Source: Candidatus Omnitrophota bacterium (GTDB lineage: Bacteria > Omnitrophota > Omnitrophia > Omnitrophales > Aquincolibacteriaceae). Taken from it: 64,000 bases of DNA. The position numbers and the translations under genes are program-made. Positions within the stretch are counted from its first letter, which is position 1; every line of letters begins with the position of its first letter. The notes under the pieces were generated by a model that was not told where the DNA came from, searched no databases, and was given only the letters and a program-made list of their open reading frames with translations. The DNA lies in assembly GCA_043821445.1 (NCBI GenBank), contig JBDRCT010000013.1, positions 6,270 to 70,269 on the forward strand, given 5' to 3'. Positions 27,501 to 31,646 of the stretch are shown here, piece after piece.

Positions 27501-29042
27501 CACGACGTAGGAAAAGCCTTTTTCCCGGAGGATCTCCTTGATCTTGTTGGCGTGGAATCCCCCGAAAACCAGCACCGCGGTCTCTTCTTTGCCATTCTCG
27601 GAAAAATCCTTGAGACGAGCCTCGACCGAGCTGTCTCTGGAATGGGCCGCCTCGTAGAACCGGACCGGGTCCTTGATGTGCCGTTCCCATTCCTTGGAAA
27701 GCACAAGTGACTTATGGGTTTGAGAAGCGACGAACTCGGCAAGGTCTTGCGTCCGAAGATCCTGAAGCGTTCCTTTGACCGCCTCGTATTCTTCGGGGGT
27801 CAATTCGATACGATTCAAACGCTGAAGCAGTTTCAACCCCTGATAATATCCGAAAATTTTTCGATCTCGTTCGTTTTTGAGAAAATCGGTCGAGATCTCT
27901 GTTTCTAATTTCCCCATTTCTTTAAAGATCACGGAAGAATCCAGCAGGTTCACTTGGTCGAGCAATTTCCGGTCTTCCGACGACTGGGCCATCAAAAGGA
28001 CCGAAAGAGCCGGATACTCCCCGGAAAACCGCTCCGCCGCTTCGGCCTCTTTGTTTTTAAGATAGAGGGAGTGCAGATCTTTCAAGTAATCGAGCAACGG
28101 AAGTTGCCCGGCATGAAAACGCTCCTGCTTTTTCAAAAGCGTTTTGAGGTCTTTTGGGAAAAATTGGTCGGCAAGGATCGTGACCCGGGCCAAAAGACAG
28201 GCGAGGTCTTCTTCCGTTTCTTTCTTGTTCTTCGACGCATCCTGATAATGCCGGATATTTTCGCGATAAAGCTTCAGGTCATCGACGCCGATCAAATTCC
28301 AATCAGGGTTTAGGGGGTAGGGTTTAGGATTTAGATCATTTGAATTCTCTTTTTTACTATCTCCTATCCCCTGTACCCTATCCGCTAATTTCCGGTTGAT
28401 GTGCGCATATTCCGCTCCGCCGATACGGAGTTTATCCAACAGGAAATAGGAAACTTTTTGTTTGATCGCCGGGTCTTTGATGAATCCAAAGAACTTGTCC
28501 GTGGGAACGGGCCCTTCGTAGCCTTCTTCAAAAACCGTTTTGATCCCCTTTTCTTTCACGAGCAGGTTGATGATCTTGGCAATGTTCTCCTGGGCTTCGA
28601 GGGAGTCGTGGGCGTCTTGAATGAAAACGATAAAACGAGACCGGAGACTGGAGACTGGAGACTGAAGACTTTTTTCCCTCACCCTGTCCCTCGCCCGAAG
28701 GGAGAGGGAGTCTGCGGTCTGTAGTCTGTCCTGATTCTTGTTTTCATTTGATGGAGGGTAGTCAGGACTGCCCCAATTTCCGCTCCGCTGAAATTGAAAA
28801 GTATTGGGACTGTGGTCTGTGGTCGGAAAATAGACCTCGTCTATTTTCCCGAGTTCTTTGGGAATCGAGAAGAGCGCCGGTCCGGGATCAACCGCTACGG
28901 TAGAAGGGCTTGCATAGCCTTGGGGGGCATAGCGAAAGGCATCGAACAGGGTAAAAATAAGAATGACAAACGTCGCCGTGACCCGGCGCCAAAAAAGGCC
29001 GTTTTGCCATATGTTATGTGATGATTTCATTCCAAAATTCAT
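9600..29042 (-). CDS. Giant 6480-aa multi-enzyme fusion protein (carbohydrate / cyclitol / glycolipid-type biosynthetic megaprotein)
   Basis: A single uninterrupted 19,443-nt ORF at about 57% GC starting with ATG at 29042. It has an N-terminal hydrophobic anchor (RRVTATFVILIFTLFDAF). A dozen recognisable enzyme domains are recorded as separate sub-features below. Convergent terminator at 9552-9583. Confidence 0.85.
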   Translation of the reverse strand: MNFGMKSSHNIWQNGLFWRRVTATFVILIFTLFDAFRYAPQGYASPSTVAVDPGPALFSIPKELGKIDEVYFPTTDHSPNTFQFQRSGNWGSPDYPPSNENKNQDRLQTADSLSLRARDRVREKSLQSPVSSLRSRFIVFIQDAHDSLEAQENIAKIINLLVKEKGIKTVFEEGYEGPVPTDKFFGFIKDPAIKQKVSYFLLDKLRIGGAEYAHINRKLADRVQGIGDSKKENSNDLNPKPYPLNPDWNLIGVDDLKLYRENIRHYQDASKNKKETEEDLACLLARVTILADQFFPKDLKTLLKKQERFHAGQLPLLDYLKDLHSLYLKNKEAEAAERFSGEYPALSVLLMAQSSEDRKLLDQVNLLDSSVIFKEMGKLETEISTDFLKNERDRKIFGYYQGLKLLQRLNRIELTPEEYEAVKGTLQDLRTQDLAEFVASQTHKSLVLSKEWERHIKDPVRFYEAAHSRDSSVEARLKDFSENGKEETAVLVFGGFHANKIKEILREKGFSYVVVSPRFNPDDKRHQAYYKQLMSVGHHSFEVPVHVARAARPESEFVMANAWGENVIHQRLAVMASLAGDLRSELDPATLNLMIEKGLIASDQPQSGQKATAPSIRSEARQMISGLSASKEEPKAWVVRDAKTGAEKGLAYQTPLLPKGPADLDRAWRDFHAMVFEFPKLLERAAREKLPVVLVIPEKLDGFGPLADEAPWIEGARTALAWASAYFRFKELGNVDVRVLQLPGKEVSPEQIAEGVKNILSRNIRDATGTTDYHQKDDRKSELSLAAILKKKQTPRTPEAQMEARIFRLEEVLKTTRTPESDLLLEPSAIAEIVRAGKNDAAPEIIRPVLPRVPSGKKRIVVTGAAGFIGINLVKKLLAEGNQVIALDNLISANKDFASFFRDEPDFYFRQWDVSESFEIEGPVDQVLHLASLASPPDYYGHPREALRAGLQAIREMMELARRKHAQFLFTSTSEVYGDAAVHPQPETYAGNVSPFRMRSQYDQSKRGAETLMKLYASRYAGEGLDLRIARIFNTYGPFMRIDDGRVITNFIEKVLQGKPIEINGNDKITRSFGYVDDTVDGLLKLLRSDKLGPETPVQKRVFNIGNDSEFTLRELADLVNALGQKYLHRTVPVRIAEVKDPSDPARRRPDLTRARVFLGYAPAIPLREGLEKTFLHFLNTRSGKARSEARPDPKAARSEMRDAGAKQTGEDLAEGVRPQVSIVIGTTLSDDTFIDRLSEYLHSEQSGKVSEQVIVTVDARSQTLRRERFEELKRLSEEPGSKTSGRTFQLVTNPRAHEAGQALQQGIALATGEATILAEDRAPLGGDFFEALALPVLQASTDTVSDDSGLYTAIKTRALKEIKLNERGPLIHAEIKAKLERLAYTSQTVSVLSAEERARFAARPGSMILERIRAAAVKLICSVMPAESSYRGQYEFEKSMESMAKLPRLPEGQKRKVSIVISSRSGTRFFSPDEEIEGQDALRVKVRQELDVLFALNSSYDYELIIVDDSSPEGKTGKRIAQKAEELFPEYVRSGKVRVIFSKNKKSQKGGGILFGMKDALDRGADYLVYTDVDLSTNLIQVGSLLERIVAGGAGVAIGSRGHPRSRVVGREGFRSISSALYNIAVRFILPLGKIRDTQAGFKAFSREAALAVVPDTKDLLLSFDTELLLLAREKGFTVEEVPVYWKESRVGTSVSVILQVFHMTVGLLEQRIRMSGRVLTRPGIHLSAELSIVGSRAAIAAIRFVQIFLQAYRRVKNFVTTLPFLKTQHVPKAFELREASLDKKRVRDLTAEARWIVREASLILADFRGRLSSLDVKTKIEPGSGNPTLVTEADETIQQFVITEIQRSFPKHFVIAEEKMENEISRKNWQNADSDFVWILDPIDGTKEFLKPGSDYYGISLALYYKGRPVLAVVASPRFGMIEASAERSGIYLNGKQVRVSQESSTGELRAVIDDDPQNVLAPILGVGDGWKSISHNTRSVVLNLAGIAYSGQDTEAPHLFWKGGDHGPSLWDIAASSYLLKKAGGIFKKAGGVVTAGFVAFSIEQGTAVEIGRAIHQTILDRAQRDRHFSILAGTPPAVLAATITIQKNLGGGMAQSTKSQDLAVTPVTFDQKIHAVRSHYDLELSDPLIAYPIGHAVKPQVPILLRSKEGSFVFKKLSTSRPGAQYIVSYQNALQQSGVSSVPRLIPLKGRAGNVADDFLVELDGGYYVLEEAISRGVEIRYEDANLKQFEDLGALIAAFQNISGGFKLEGGKSEKPLIAILERDKDFESLGIALRIRELTAGAARLGRGEKLFLENLPLVLSQMKILRANLPDSLYERLPKAFVSADLSLHNMRFTGDGHTALAVYDYGKLRYQARLEDLKNPAMARGPEKGRSYDLEVLQAIVRGYQAEAREPLTVEELEALPEFIRGTFLWQYAGWFLLEMSKLNTDDAIYEQAVALFKRFERFTRDFPAGKPFGARLESSTISRKDVLRSEVRLHTGEDVPLDASVSKTNAMTQSASPIVRAEMRDETVSSPTSMVITGASGDLGAMLGRYAEAQRSPLKLIVRSPNSKKKYSDRTLREASGAEFYLSDLFDRVKMKKVIAQSPVFYHLAALVGLDKDAGTYPENFKVNGLAAIGLLKMAEEVNPDVRFIFASSERVISIEKNPAINRWIEGALQLIDENPELFQEPNYSTAMDKLTELILSKYPFPEGVYPYELSKLLVERYIQRGVLKKAVAVRITSIYGPGNLSGRKMQRMIEARLLGRTITEKREIRDYIYIQDAIEVLYQLGVRKDLPEQRVVDLAPQAEVSAEKIWDMIVKHTPDAKGKIEWKGEPTPANPQSNQISRNLLGRDFTYIETGVRNQIDEARRRLDPGIPAETGKGPVLVIDAGGTSTRMAVWDGEKLTDAIKFPTVNYTSAEAQGKPIDRMQEVWLESLAQKIREYRERHPDIQSVSMGFAGPVGEDGDLTESSVIWGPDRNRIPHAVLQNRWGLPVKVVNDLTTAVYRYGRSPKFAGMRTIALITVSSGIGSKLFDVVHGNVVIDRQGRAGEIGHTIVDYAGNAIQGEGLKGELNAYASGRGLSNLAKRMAGQKKYRTFYEGSALRAEIEKTGQTIETVDRDVLTRLLVELIKKNDGFSIQVMKSSVGYLVRVLGPFILQNAPDAIVWMGSIAENLEPVYLDEVIEQLISKGLYGYNRDDLKKMFVMGEKDDENGLRGAGLMACDKQGVASAQPAYDPGYVRDNVDPHGHNVIEAVAPNDVQQRNYYTEGAFDLDNRVLANVLEGRNVIFVVEKAVADKVLEPLKRYLQHYHMEGRCKGEIQVLDGGEKIKSAEQVKSLTDYAQERNLDRNGVFVVVGGGAIMDMVGMVANQFRRGVRYVRIPTTLLGQVDAAVGVKVGIDYRTAKNFLGAFYPPFATITDTRFLETLPERQIQGGIAEIIKVALISNTSLFEVLEKYGTAFIRDMPRDAKWTFIKDAAVELLKHLQMDFFEHNLMRHVDFGHVLAHKFESMTNYELTHGEAVAIDILMSAFIAHARGMLSDKDFRRILSLHIKLKLPFYHPALNPDRAWEGLEDAKAHKGGRLMMVVPIGIGRTAFVDSLRRDELDAALDFLRRHQEQADDAVMTHEIEENHPPAELKYLGRYLETLPRDPTNYATEITGVLEELVTPSVQKVINIAMNQSLDPKIWGQALGMLTKFGLHSDSAGTVFTLESARSPDLKKIRFVRQGTTFIPDLPTQTQTETEIAQQLLDRDTFAFGLDDVLISPAGFDPEVIGLIIELLKRHKTVALVTARGLTVEDYFANIRKGDGIGILKNIFEHPDFKPEMLGRLFAYTGFGTYKYGFRLRHNQQPPSWFNVEPVLETKFSAKFVASKTFSEEDGKYLPAIMRKILEIENGFSTDFGFPNPDRDYEGFVRGAKIQEDERAILYFPQSKQGEIENWKLRIMLENLKEALSRALPPEVFSLLTFRVVSRKGIVVAKTFNQKNEALLDLEAMGLSRKKVSFWGHDFAADGLEVSLLKLPGLTRVSVAAPLPGEVPVLQLRSSDADTGPDRAKRILKAYFKLINENSRRSEMRTGEDAVSQALRRIRINGELLILENVRETSLGVFRREADVLGSMDPEWVLRSIFGKASSEVISEDEKRMFFYEGRIQPVNVVFHPKFRPAEMLHSNAPKKGVPITGSHQPLSVVMGESIVHALLEKLRGTPEGRRMLEQMKGDPTRSFIIGKYNAGLVPGILASLELGIPMITLTKRSFDPFDPTLPAGESVVQMEEQHMLRDSPEYFSHMVVPAGSRFFLIDDESTTGRVVVNIANMLKAANAGLDGAAVVLRTSKEASERLEGGAVPYFYLDFLTEEELAKVSAALDRQHMFPFKQPVELYMPPESVEAQGLSGPTDLDLDIRHYPRRNDPGRVWTDHAFRGMTVPLTPDQLRKFGPAMQQKIEKVLGTPLATIRREYYKEGKTVYVLGPSTSGFYGGVALSQASHVPFVGVTNRPEPVGYDEMSSLAVNYIGLDGYAYSMYRLMPGDAVILVTGELTDGEEQMRMITALEQKGVKVLASSSMIENSHYHGRQRVGQEAKVPVVSMAEYAADEGVPVHNISGRVWAALKYATMRLEEEVRRTHPQASVKEILSFPNSLTAGILLDQSDFDSTYVIVEGVSQEELQALQPLMKQWLTGSGIKMDAGDGKVPQLLSADHQKKIWGPEGRNLLPYISLYSNGQFIGPEEQIRRGVLPLMVLPDKHVARIKWFLSLGELDPEYARKLIERGSADQQMDWLARRCVEIRGFMDAFEKRRLSPVALRWIEKLDEAYRSGTMSLAVAEEDDKSLADGLRELLMEKMVRIFDGKLVLVWRERSASMSDSYWRETISVPGRESVITAAYEERLRQRKDALDVLNHWDRNTDPELVIMKIRSWSAQRTLTEDQKQQFDDVLGFSPAVRAAAITAMATRADEMWGTVQENILRILEEHSARELHDSGPNIFAAETMQVCVYALIMALWIKSGSLNANEAVKFLLDCIYPFDGRPRISPLVMRSLMRNLRSVVPQVTDPQLRDRLQFLSLGYGVSLPGMMTLEGLAHRIGFLNDYIHSFEGQYTDKLEEIAESLNEFREDIRWLSRLAGSNNQEVGTLTVRGVLERSGFKLASQGAQISIGEGADFKLSPEGSWRSTVSPRLTSREDISEILKKKDVFVFDVDDTLVTLHDYVSPAMIDHLIRLFQEGKTVAIDTLRVFNPADFSNLEKGRGLGFLKNLFGYPGFKPEYFDRFLLYSSGAGHKFTFRIGDRDKIEIVEDQAYFERYGKQRRWKEDEAGEGPKIVSALYELDRRWQEIFGFAPTPKMLDQFEKEKTRGTNSPFLYAPNFDYYVNPKNQMPRWQLRIMLSDLRKALSGQLSPTFFGRLVFRSPDGRVLLVGKKTTGKNDAIVDLEGMGHSRERMIVFDDEFQADGVARSFLDLSGLDVISVGKPLPGNFSLIQPPHEEGALSAKETERIFDHYFQSKGTGVARSEMRAADDPKHPLEGALTSAAKRAEMRTQWKNEIKSSLKNLDTFVQVMVRLRQTLAEEGKGPGLLSRWLFEVTRNDAILQQLVSDYRNKLKKIALQTGAGSEWDIALKVIENIGVGHVVMISPEIAPFSIAGGMAQVLEGLPKALAQAGSEVSIVTFLYNESQGKKHTSAEELLRNGIQMGGKTVRLEATGRRVQVALGPTINVFSNRVESPAHTETAEVYRAQNEGVTIYFLYHPHLANRLYPSVSSSDQLKRSILLSRGSLEVMREFDLYPDFILAHDWMAAPAFAYLKADPIPGDFDYRTDEHFYDLETGLVPKLGFAMHNLGRDYQARFFTIENGIDLWPLFRLQGQHYRGLSNREGENPDHPTRLNLVRGGILHSDFALTVSKSYAREIQTPEKGNGLHEDFLKKGKVYGISNGIDIEALRTEFIRMGGGDPGTEDPAAFFQNLPQFKDFAKREIQNKYGLEEREDAILVSMVGRIADQKGVELVASEAKNILDRDPRVQLLIAGPIADFDPSAYALRDAIRALEADPKYAGRVRGEFEFIAFREALRIYLASDLFLMPSKYEPGGLSQLESLSAGTAVVAHEVGGIADTLNEFDPQRGMGDAFFFQEFNGKGFLRAVTRGIQAIRNKDHRKTIVLQAAVAAHGWNDKVSAYFNMFRNESGVFEYDYPHLREEQAQLDRIIARPSEASEGTKRSEVRGISGTTGKAKRTTEEKNTLSVERNALSKAEGRRPDPPLQSEGQIRPETRYVNEPTASILNVWAMKRADRTRDLFATIARPLQQNPLFAAAVSERRSEVRVETDMRHTLTNIQAGKRNATSHKDIADRMVRDIRKSVQPATVFVDAEDFPNLSVAQKNEYFYAALSGQGVRIVVYNERGQVRDQELGALLKLDHVTRTDRGLAGAQSSFDRPGAPGIHLSKQILPSQELVQRLRKRVSFFKTQGQNGGTLAAALLWAWSGGEDARLREVSQGRDGFWIVAESLVNALQRSYDATLAFAVAA
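10600..12270 (-). other. Giant ORF domain: GT-B glycosyltransferase, glycogen/starch-synthase-like (GT5/GT4)
   Basis: VVMISPEIAPFSIAGGMAQVLEGLPKALAQAGSEVSIV (GlgA-like N-terminus, about 12178-12265) and C-terminal MPSKYEPGGLSQLESLSAGTAVVAHEVGGIADTL (about 10820-10925). Confidence 0.65.
12300..13600 (-). other. Giant ORF: HAD-superfamily phosphatase module B (canonical DxDxT motif I)
   Basis: DVFVFDVDDTLVTL at about 13512-13558 ... WQLRIMLSDLRKALS at about 12958-13000 ... IVDLEGMGHSRERMIVFDDEFQADG...PLPGNFSLIQ. Confidence 0.6.
16150..16650 (-). other. Giant ORF domain: type I phosphoribosyltransferase-like fold
   Basis: SFIIGKYNAGLVPGILASLELGIPMITLTKRS ... FFLIDDESTTGRVVVNIANML (PRPP-loop-like, about 16178-16225). 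Confidence 0.45.
16650..18200 (-). other. Giant ORF: HAD-like module A (motif I degenerate, FAFGLDDVLIS) plus a conserved downstream region
   Basis: FAFGLDDVLISPAG at about 17795-17835 ... WKLRIMLENLKEALS at about 17222-17265 ... LLDLEAMGLSRKKVSFWGHDFAADG...PLPGEVPVLQ. This is a paralogous copy of module B. Confidence 0.5.
18230..19420 (-). other. Giant ORF domain: 3-dehydroquinate-synthase-like sugar-phosphate cyclase (DHQS / DOIS / EEVS superfamily)
   Basis: VFVVVGGGAIMDMVGMVA (about 18990-19045), RYVRIPTTLLGQVDAAVGVKVGIDY, KNFLGAFYPP, HGEAVAIDI. Confidence 0.65.
19430..20440 (-). other. Giant ORF domain: ROK-family sugar kinase (glucokinase / N-acetylhexosamine kinase-like)
   Basis: VLVIDAGGTSTRMAVWD (about 20390-20440) ... 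ITVSSGIGSKLFD ... GRAGEIGHTIVD ROK signature. Confidence 0.65.
20470..21480 (-). other. Giant ORF domain: second SDR-type NAD(P)-dependent epimerase/dehydratase
   Basis: MVITGASGDLGAMLG (about 21444-21478) ... YPYELSKLLVE (YxxxK) ... SIYGPGN. Confidence 0.6.
21700..22720 (-). other. Giant ORF domain: aminoglycoside-phosphotransferase/choline-kinase-like (APH fold) small-molecule kinase
   Basis: ...LVELDGGYYVLEEA..., SADLSLHNMRF catalytic-loop-like motif at about 22018-22055, ...AVYDYG... Confidence 0.5.
22900..23690 (-). other. Giant ORF domain: inositol monophosphatase / CysQ-like phosphatase
   Basis: ADETIQQFVITEI..., the diagnostic WILDPIDGTKEF motif at about 23378-23415, ...GKQVRV... 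Confidence 0.7.
23870..24690 (-). other. Giant ORF domain: GT2 glycosyltransferase (polyprenyl-phosphate sugar transferase / ArnC-DPM1-like)
   Basis: KVSIVISSRSG..., YELIIVDDSSPEGKT (about 24510-24550), YLVYTDVDLS, DTQAGFKAF. Confidence 0.7.
25490..26480 (-). other. Giant ORF domain: extended-SDR NAD-dependent epimerase/dehydratase, UDP-glucuronate decarboxylase (UXS/ArnA C-terminal)-like
   Basis: KRIVVTGAAGFIGINLVKKLL Rossmann motif at about 26440-26480, ...SEVYGD..., YDQSKRGAE (YxxxK), NTYGP. Confidence 0.7.
28290..28380. repeat. Low-complexity G-rich / C-rich inverted repeat (GGGTTTAGG-like) inside the giant ORF
   Basis: ggtttagggggtagggtttaggatttag ... ctatctcctatcccctgtaccctatccgc, in frame, encoding ..GDSKKENSNDLNPKPYPLNPDW.. 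Confidence 0.6.
28640..28818. repeat. Composite repeat block embedded in frame in the 5' end of the giant ORF
   Basis: It contains a GGAGACT heptad repeat (3 units), a short palindrome, a GTCTGYGGTCTGT heptad stretch and a gccccaatttccgc...gaaattg...tattggg hairpin motif. The hairpin element also occurs intergenically at 49300-49352. The block encodes ..FPTTDHSPNTFQFQRSGNWGSP.. Confidence 0.75.
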
Positions 29043-29301
29043 GTTTCTAAAGCCTTTTTAAACGGTGGATTTCCCCAATAGAGAGGATGCCGGAAGGATA
29101 ACCTCTGTTTTTGATTTTAACAAGGGTAGCGGGTAAAATAAATCCGGCCATTTGTAGAGACAAAATGGGCTAATTTAGGGGGTGGGATTAACATTTCCCA
29201 AGGAGGGAGCCTGGAGCCCTCCTTGTATGGCTAGGGGGCGAGGCGTGGTCAGAGCTTAAATTTCAGGTCATCGAAAAACTTGTCAGTGCAGGAAAAGGCT
29301 T

Positions 29302-29634
29302 TTAACGGCCTTTGCGGGCGGCATAACCAAAATTAAAAAAGTATCGCCTCCAGGATTTTTCCGTGGAACCGAACTCGTTCGCTCCCGAGAAGTAATCCAC
29401 AAGCGCTTCCCTTACCCGGGCTACTTCTTTGAGGCGCGACCCGCCCCACCCGCTGTCCAAAGTGAGATCGGCCAATTCAAGCGCGCGCTCAAAAGCCTTT
29501 TGGGAATGCGCCGCGTTATGCTTGGCTTGCCAGTTCAGGGCCCTTTCCACCTCGCTACCGATATGGGCCATTTGCTCAACAAATGCCATTTTCGCCCAGC
29601 GCCCGTCCGCAAAATTCTGGTGCTGATAGATCAT
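29302..29634 (-). CDS. hypothetical small hydrophilic protein
   Basis: 110-aa ORF between the MsbA-like gene and the giant ORF on the same strand. No motif recognised. Confidence 0.4.
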   Translation of the reverse strand: MIYQHQNFADGRWAKMAFVEQMAHIGSEVERALNWQAKHNAAHSQKAFERALELADLTLDSGWGGSRLKEVARVREALVDYFSGANEFGSTEKSWRRYFFNFGYAARKGR

Positions 29635-29687
29635 CGCCGAATCTTCTCTAGAACGCTCCGAGGATCTTCATGATGACAAGTCCCCCC

Positions 29688-31451
29688 TTAGAGGTTGAAC
29701 TGCAGGTCGTAAAGTTTCTTATACATGCCGCCCAACCGCAAAAGGAACTCATTCGTTCCCTGCTGGACGATCTTCCCTTTATCCATCACCAGGATACGGT
29801 CGGCTTTTTGGATGGTGGAAAGACGATGCGCGATCACAAAAACAGTACGGGCCTTCATGAGGTTCTCCAGGGCGCCCTGGACTTCTTTTTCGCTTTGCGT
29901 ATCAAGGTGAGAGGTCGCTTCATCAAGGATCAGGATCGGCGGGTCCTTAAGAAGCGCTCTTGCGATCGCAATGCGCTGGCGCTCGCCGCCGGAAAGCTTG
30001 AGTCCCCTGTCCCCCAACGGAGTGTCATACCCTTGAGGAAGGGCTTCGATAAAATGATCGGCAAACGCGATCCCGGCCGCCCGCTTCACGTCTTCCAGAC
30101 CCGCGTCCGGACGCCCGTAAGCAATATTCTCCCGGATCGTAGCGTTGAAAAGCACGGTCTCCTGCGACACGATCCCGATCAGACCGCGCAGAGAATGGAG
30201 CGACAAGTCCCGGATGTCTTTGCCGTTGATCTTGATCACACCCTGAACGGGATCATAAAAACGGAGGAGAAGGCTCACGAGCGTGGTTTTTCCGGAGCCG
30301 CTCGCGCCCACAAAGGCAACCACCTCGTTATGTTTGGCCTTGATCTCAATATCCCTGAGCACCCATTTATCGAATTCATAATAAAAATCCACATGTTCAT
30401 AGCTGATCTCGCGGACCGGCTCGGAAAAGACAAGGGCGCCGGGTTTATCCTGGATCGTGGGCTTTGCGTCCATGACCTCAAAAATGCGCTGCCCCGAAGC
30501 GATCGACTGCTGGATCGTGCTGTTCACCTTGCTGATCTTTTTCAAAGGCTCGTAACAAATGTAGAGGGAGATAAAAAAAGCCGCAAACCGTTCCGGCGAA
30601 AGGTATTGCATTCCATACCATACCGCAAACCCGGCGCCCACCGCGCCGATCAGTTCGATCAGGGGACGTTGGATGATCGTGATCTTGATGGTTTTTCTGA
30701 AGAATTTGAAAACGCTGTTATTGATCTCCTCAAAACGCCGGATCTCTCTTTCTTCGCTCGTAAAGGACTTTACGATATGCGCCCCGGCGAGGGTCTCGCC
30801 GATAAAGGAAGTGATGTCCCCAACACGCGCCTGCATTTTCTTCGTCAATTTGCGGAGCTGTTTGCCCAAAAGCACGATGGGGATGGCCACCAGCGGAAAG
30901 ATCAGGATCGCGATGATCGCGAATTTCCCGCCCCAGATGAAAATAAAAGGGATGTTGAACAGGATCACGAGCGGCTGTTTGACAAGATCGGTGATCACGT
31001 CCGTGACCGCGCCCTGGATCTGTCCGACGTCGTTGGTGATACGGCTTAAAAAATCCCCGGTACGGCCTTTCGCGTAAAAATCATGGGAGAGATAGACCAA
31101 GTGGCGGTAAAGATCGTCCCGGACCTTGCGGACAACAAGGATCCCTACATTGGCCATATTATAGTTTGATATATAGTCAAAAAAACCGCGGAAAGCGAAC
31201 ACGGCGATCAAAATGAACGGTATCCATATCATTGGCACGGCGACGGAGGTCAGTTGCGGAAAATATTTGGAAATATAAGGGACGTTATCCACAACGACCT
31301 GGTTCTTCTGAAAGAACCCCTTCGTGATGACATAAAGCGCGACCGAGACAAGCGCGTTGGCCATCGAGAAAGCAAGCATGCACACGAAGGCGATGGCGAG
31401 GCGCCAGCGGTACGGCCTCACATAACCCAGTAGTCTTTTATAGATGTCCAT
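29688..31451 (-). CDS. msbA: ABC exporter, fused permease-ATPase, MsbA-like lipid exporter
   Basis: 587 aa. Six-TM N-terminal domain, Walker A GASGSGKTT, signature LSGGERQRIAIARALL, Walker B ILILDEATS, H-loop. Adjacent to lpxB. Confidence 0.65.
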   Translation of the reverse strand: MDIYKRLLGYVRPYRWRLAIAFVCMLAFSMANALVSVALYVITKGFFQKNQVVVDNVPYISKYFPQLTSVAVPMIWIPFILIAVFAFRGFFDYISNYNMANVGILVVRKVRDDLYRHLVYLSHDFYAKGRTGDFLSRITNDVGQIQGAVTDVITDLVKQPLVILFNIPFIFIWGGKFAIIAILIFPLVAIPIVLLGKQLRKLTKKMQARVGDITSFIGETLAGAHIVKSFTSEEREIRRFEEINNSVFKFFRKTIKITIIQRPLIELIGAVGAGFAVWYGMQYLSPERFAAFFISLYICYEPLKKISKVNSTIQQSIASGQRIFEVMDAKPTIQDKPGALVFSEPVREISYEHVDFYYEFDKWVLRDIEIKAKHNEVVAFVGASGSGKTTLVSLLLRFYDPVQGVIKINGKDIRDLSLHSLRGLIGIVSQETVLFNATIRENIAYGRPDAGLEDVKRAAGIAFADHFIEALPQGYDTPLGDRGLKLSGGERQRIAIARALLKDPPILILDEATSHLDTQSEKEVQGALENLMKARTVFVIAHRLSTIQKADRILVMDKGKIVQQGTNEFLLRLGGMYKKLYDLQFNL

Positions 31452-31466
31452 AGATGCCTTTTAAAG

Positions 31467-31535
31467 CAGCGCAACGCGCAAAGCTCAACGTAAAAACTTG
31501 TTTTTCCGTTGCGCGTTGAGCGTAGAACGTAGTGC
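31467..31535. repeat. Repeat family A copy 4, in the divergent promoter region between the msbA-like gene and the Gfo/Idh/MocA gene
   Basis: gcagcgcaacgcgcaaagctcaacgtaaaaacttgtttttccgttgcgcgttgagcgtagaacgt. Confidence 0.75.
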
Positions 31536-31646
31536 GGCTCTGCCAAGAGCCGACACTGTAACATATTCGTTGACACTGCTCAAGGTTATGATTTAAGCTT
31601 CTGCGTTGTTTTTTCCCGATAACTCATGAATTGTAAAGGAGTTAGG

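Noticed and set aside
29302-29634. Assigning the 110-aa protein to a known family (for example LapA or a HEPN-like family)
   Set aside because: It has no transmembrane segment and no motif I can confidently recognise, so it is left as hypothetical.
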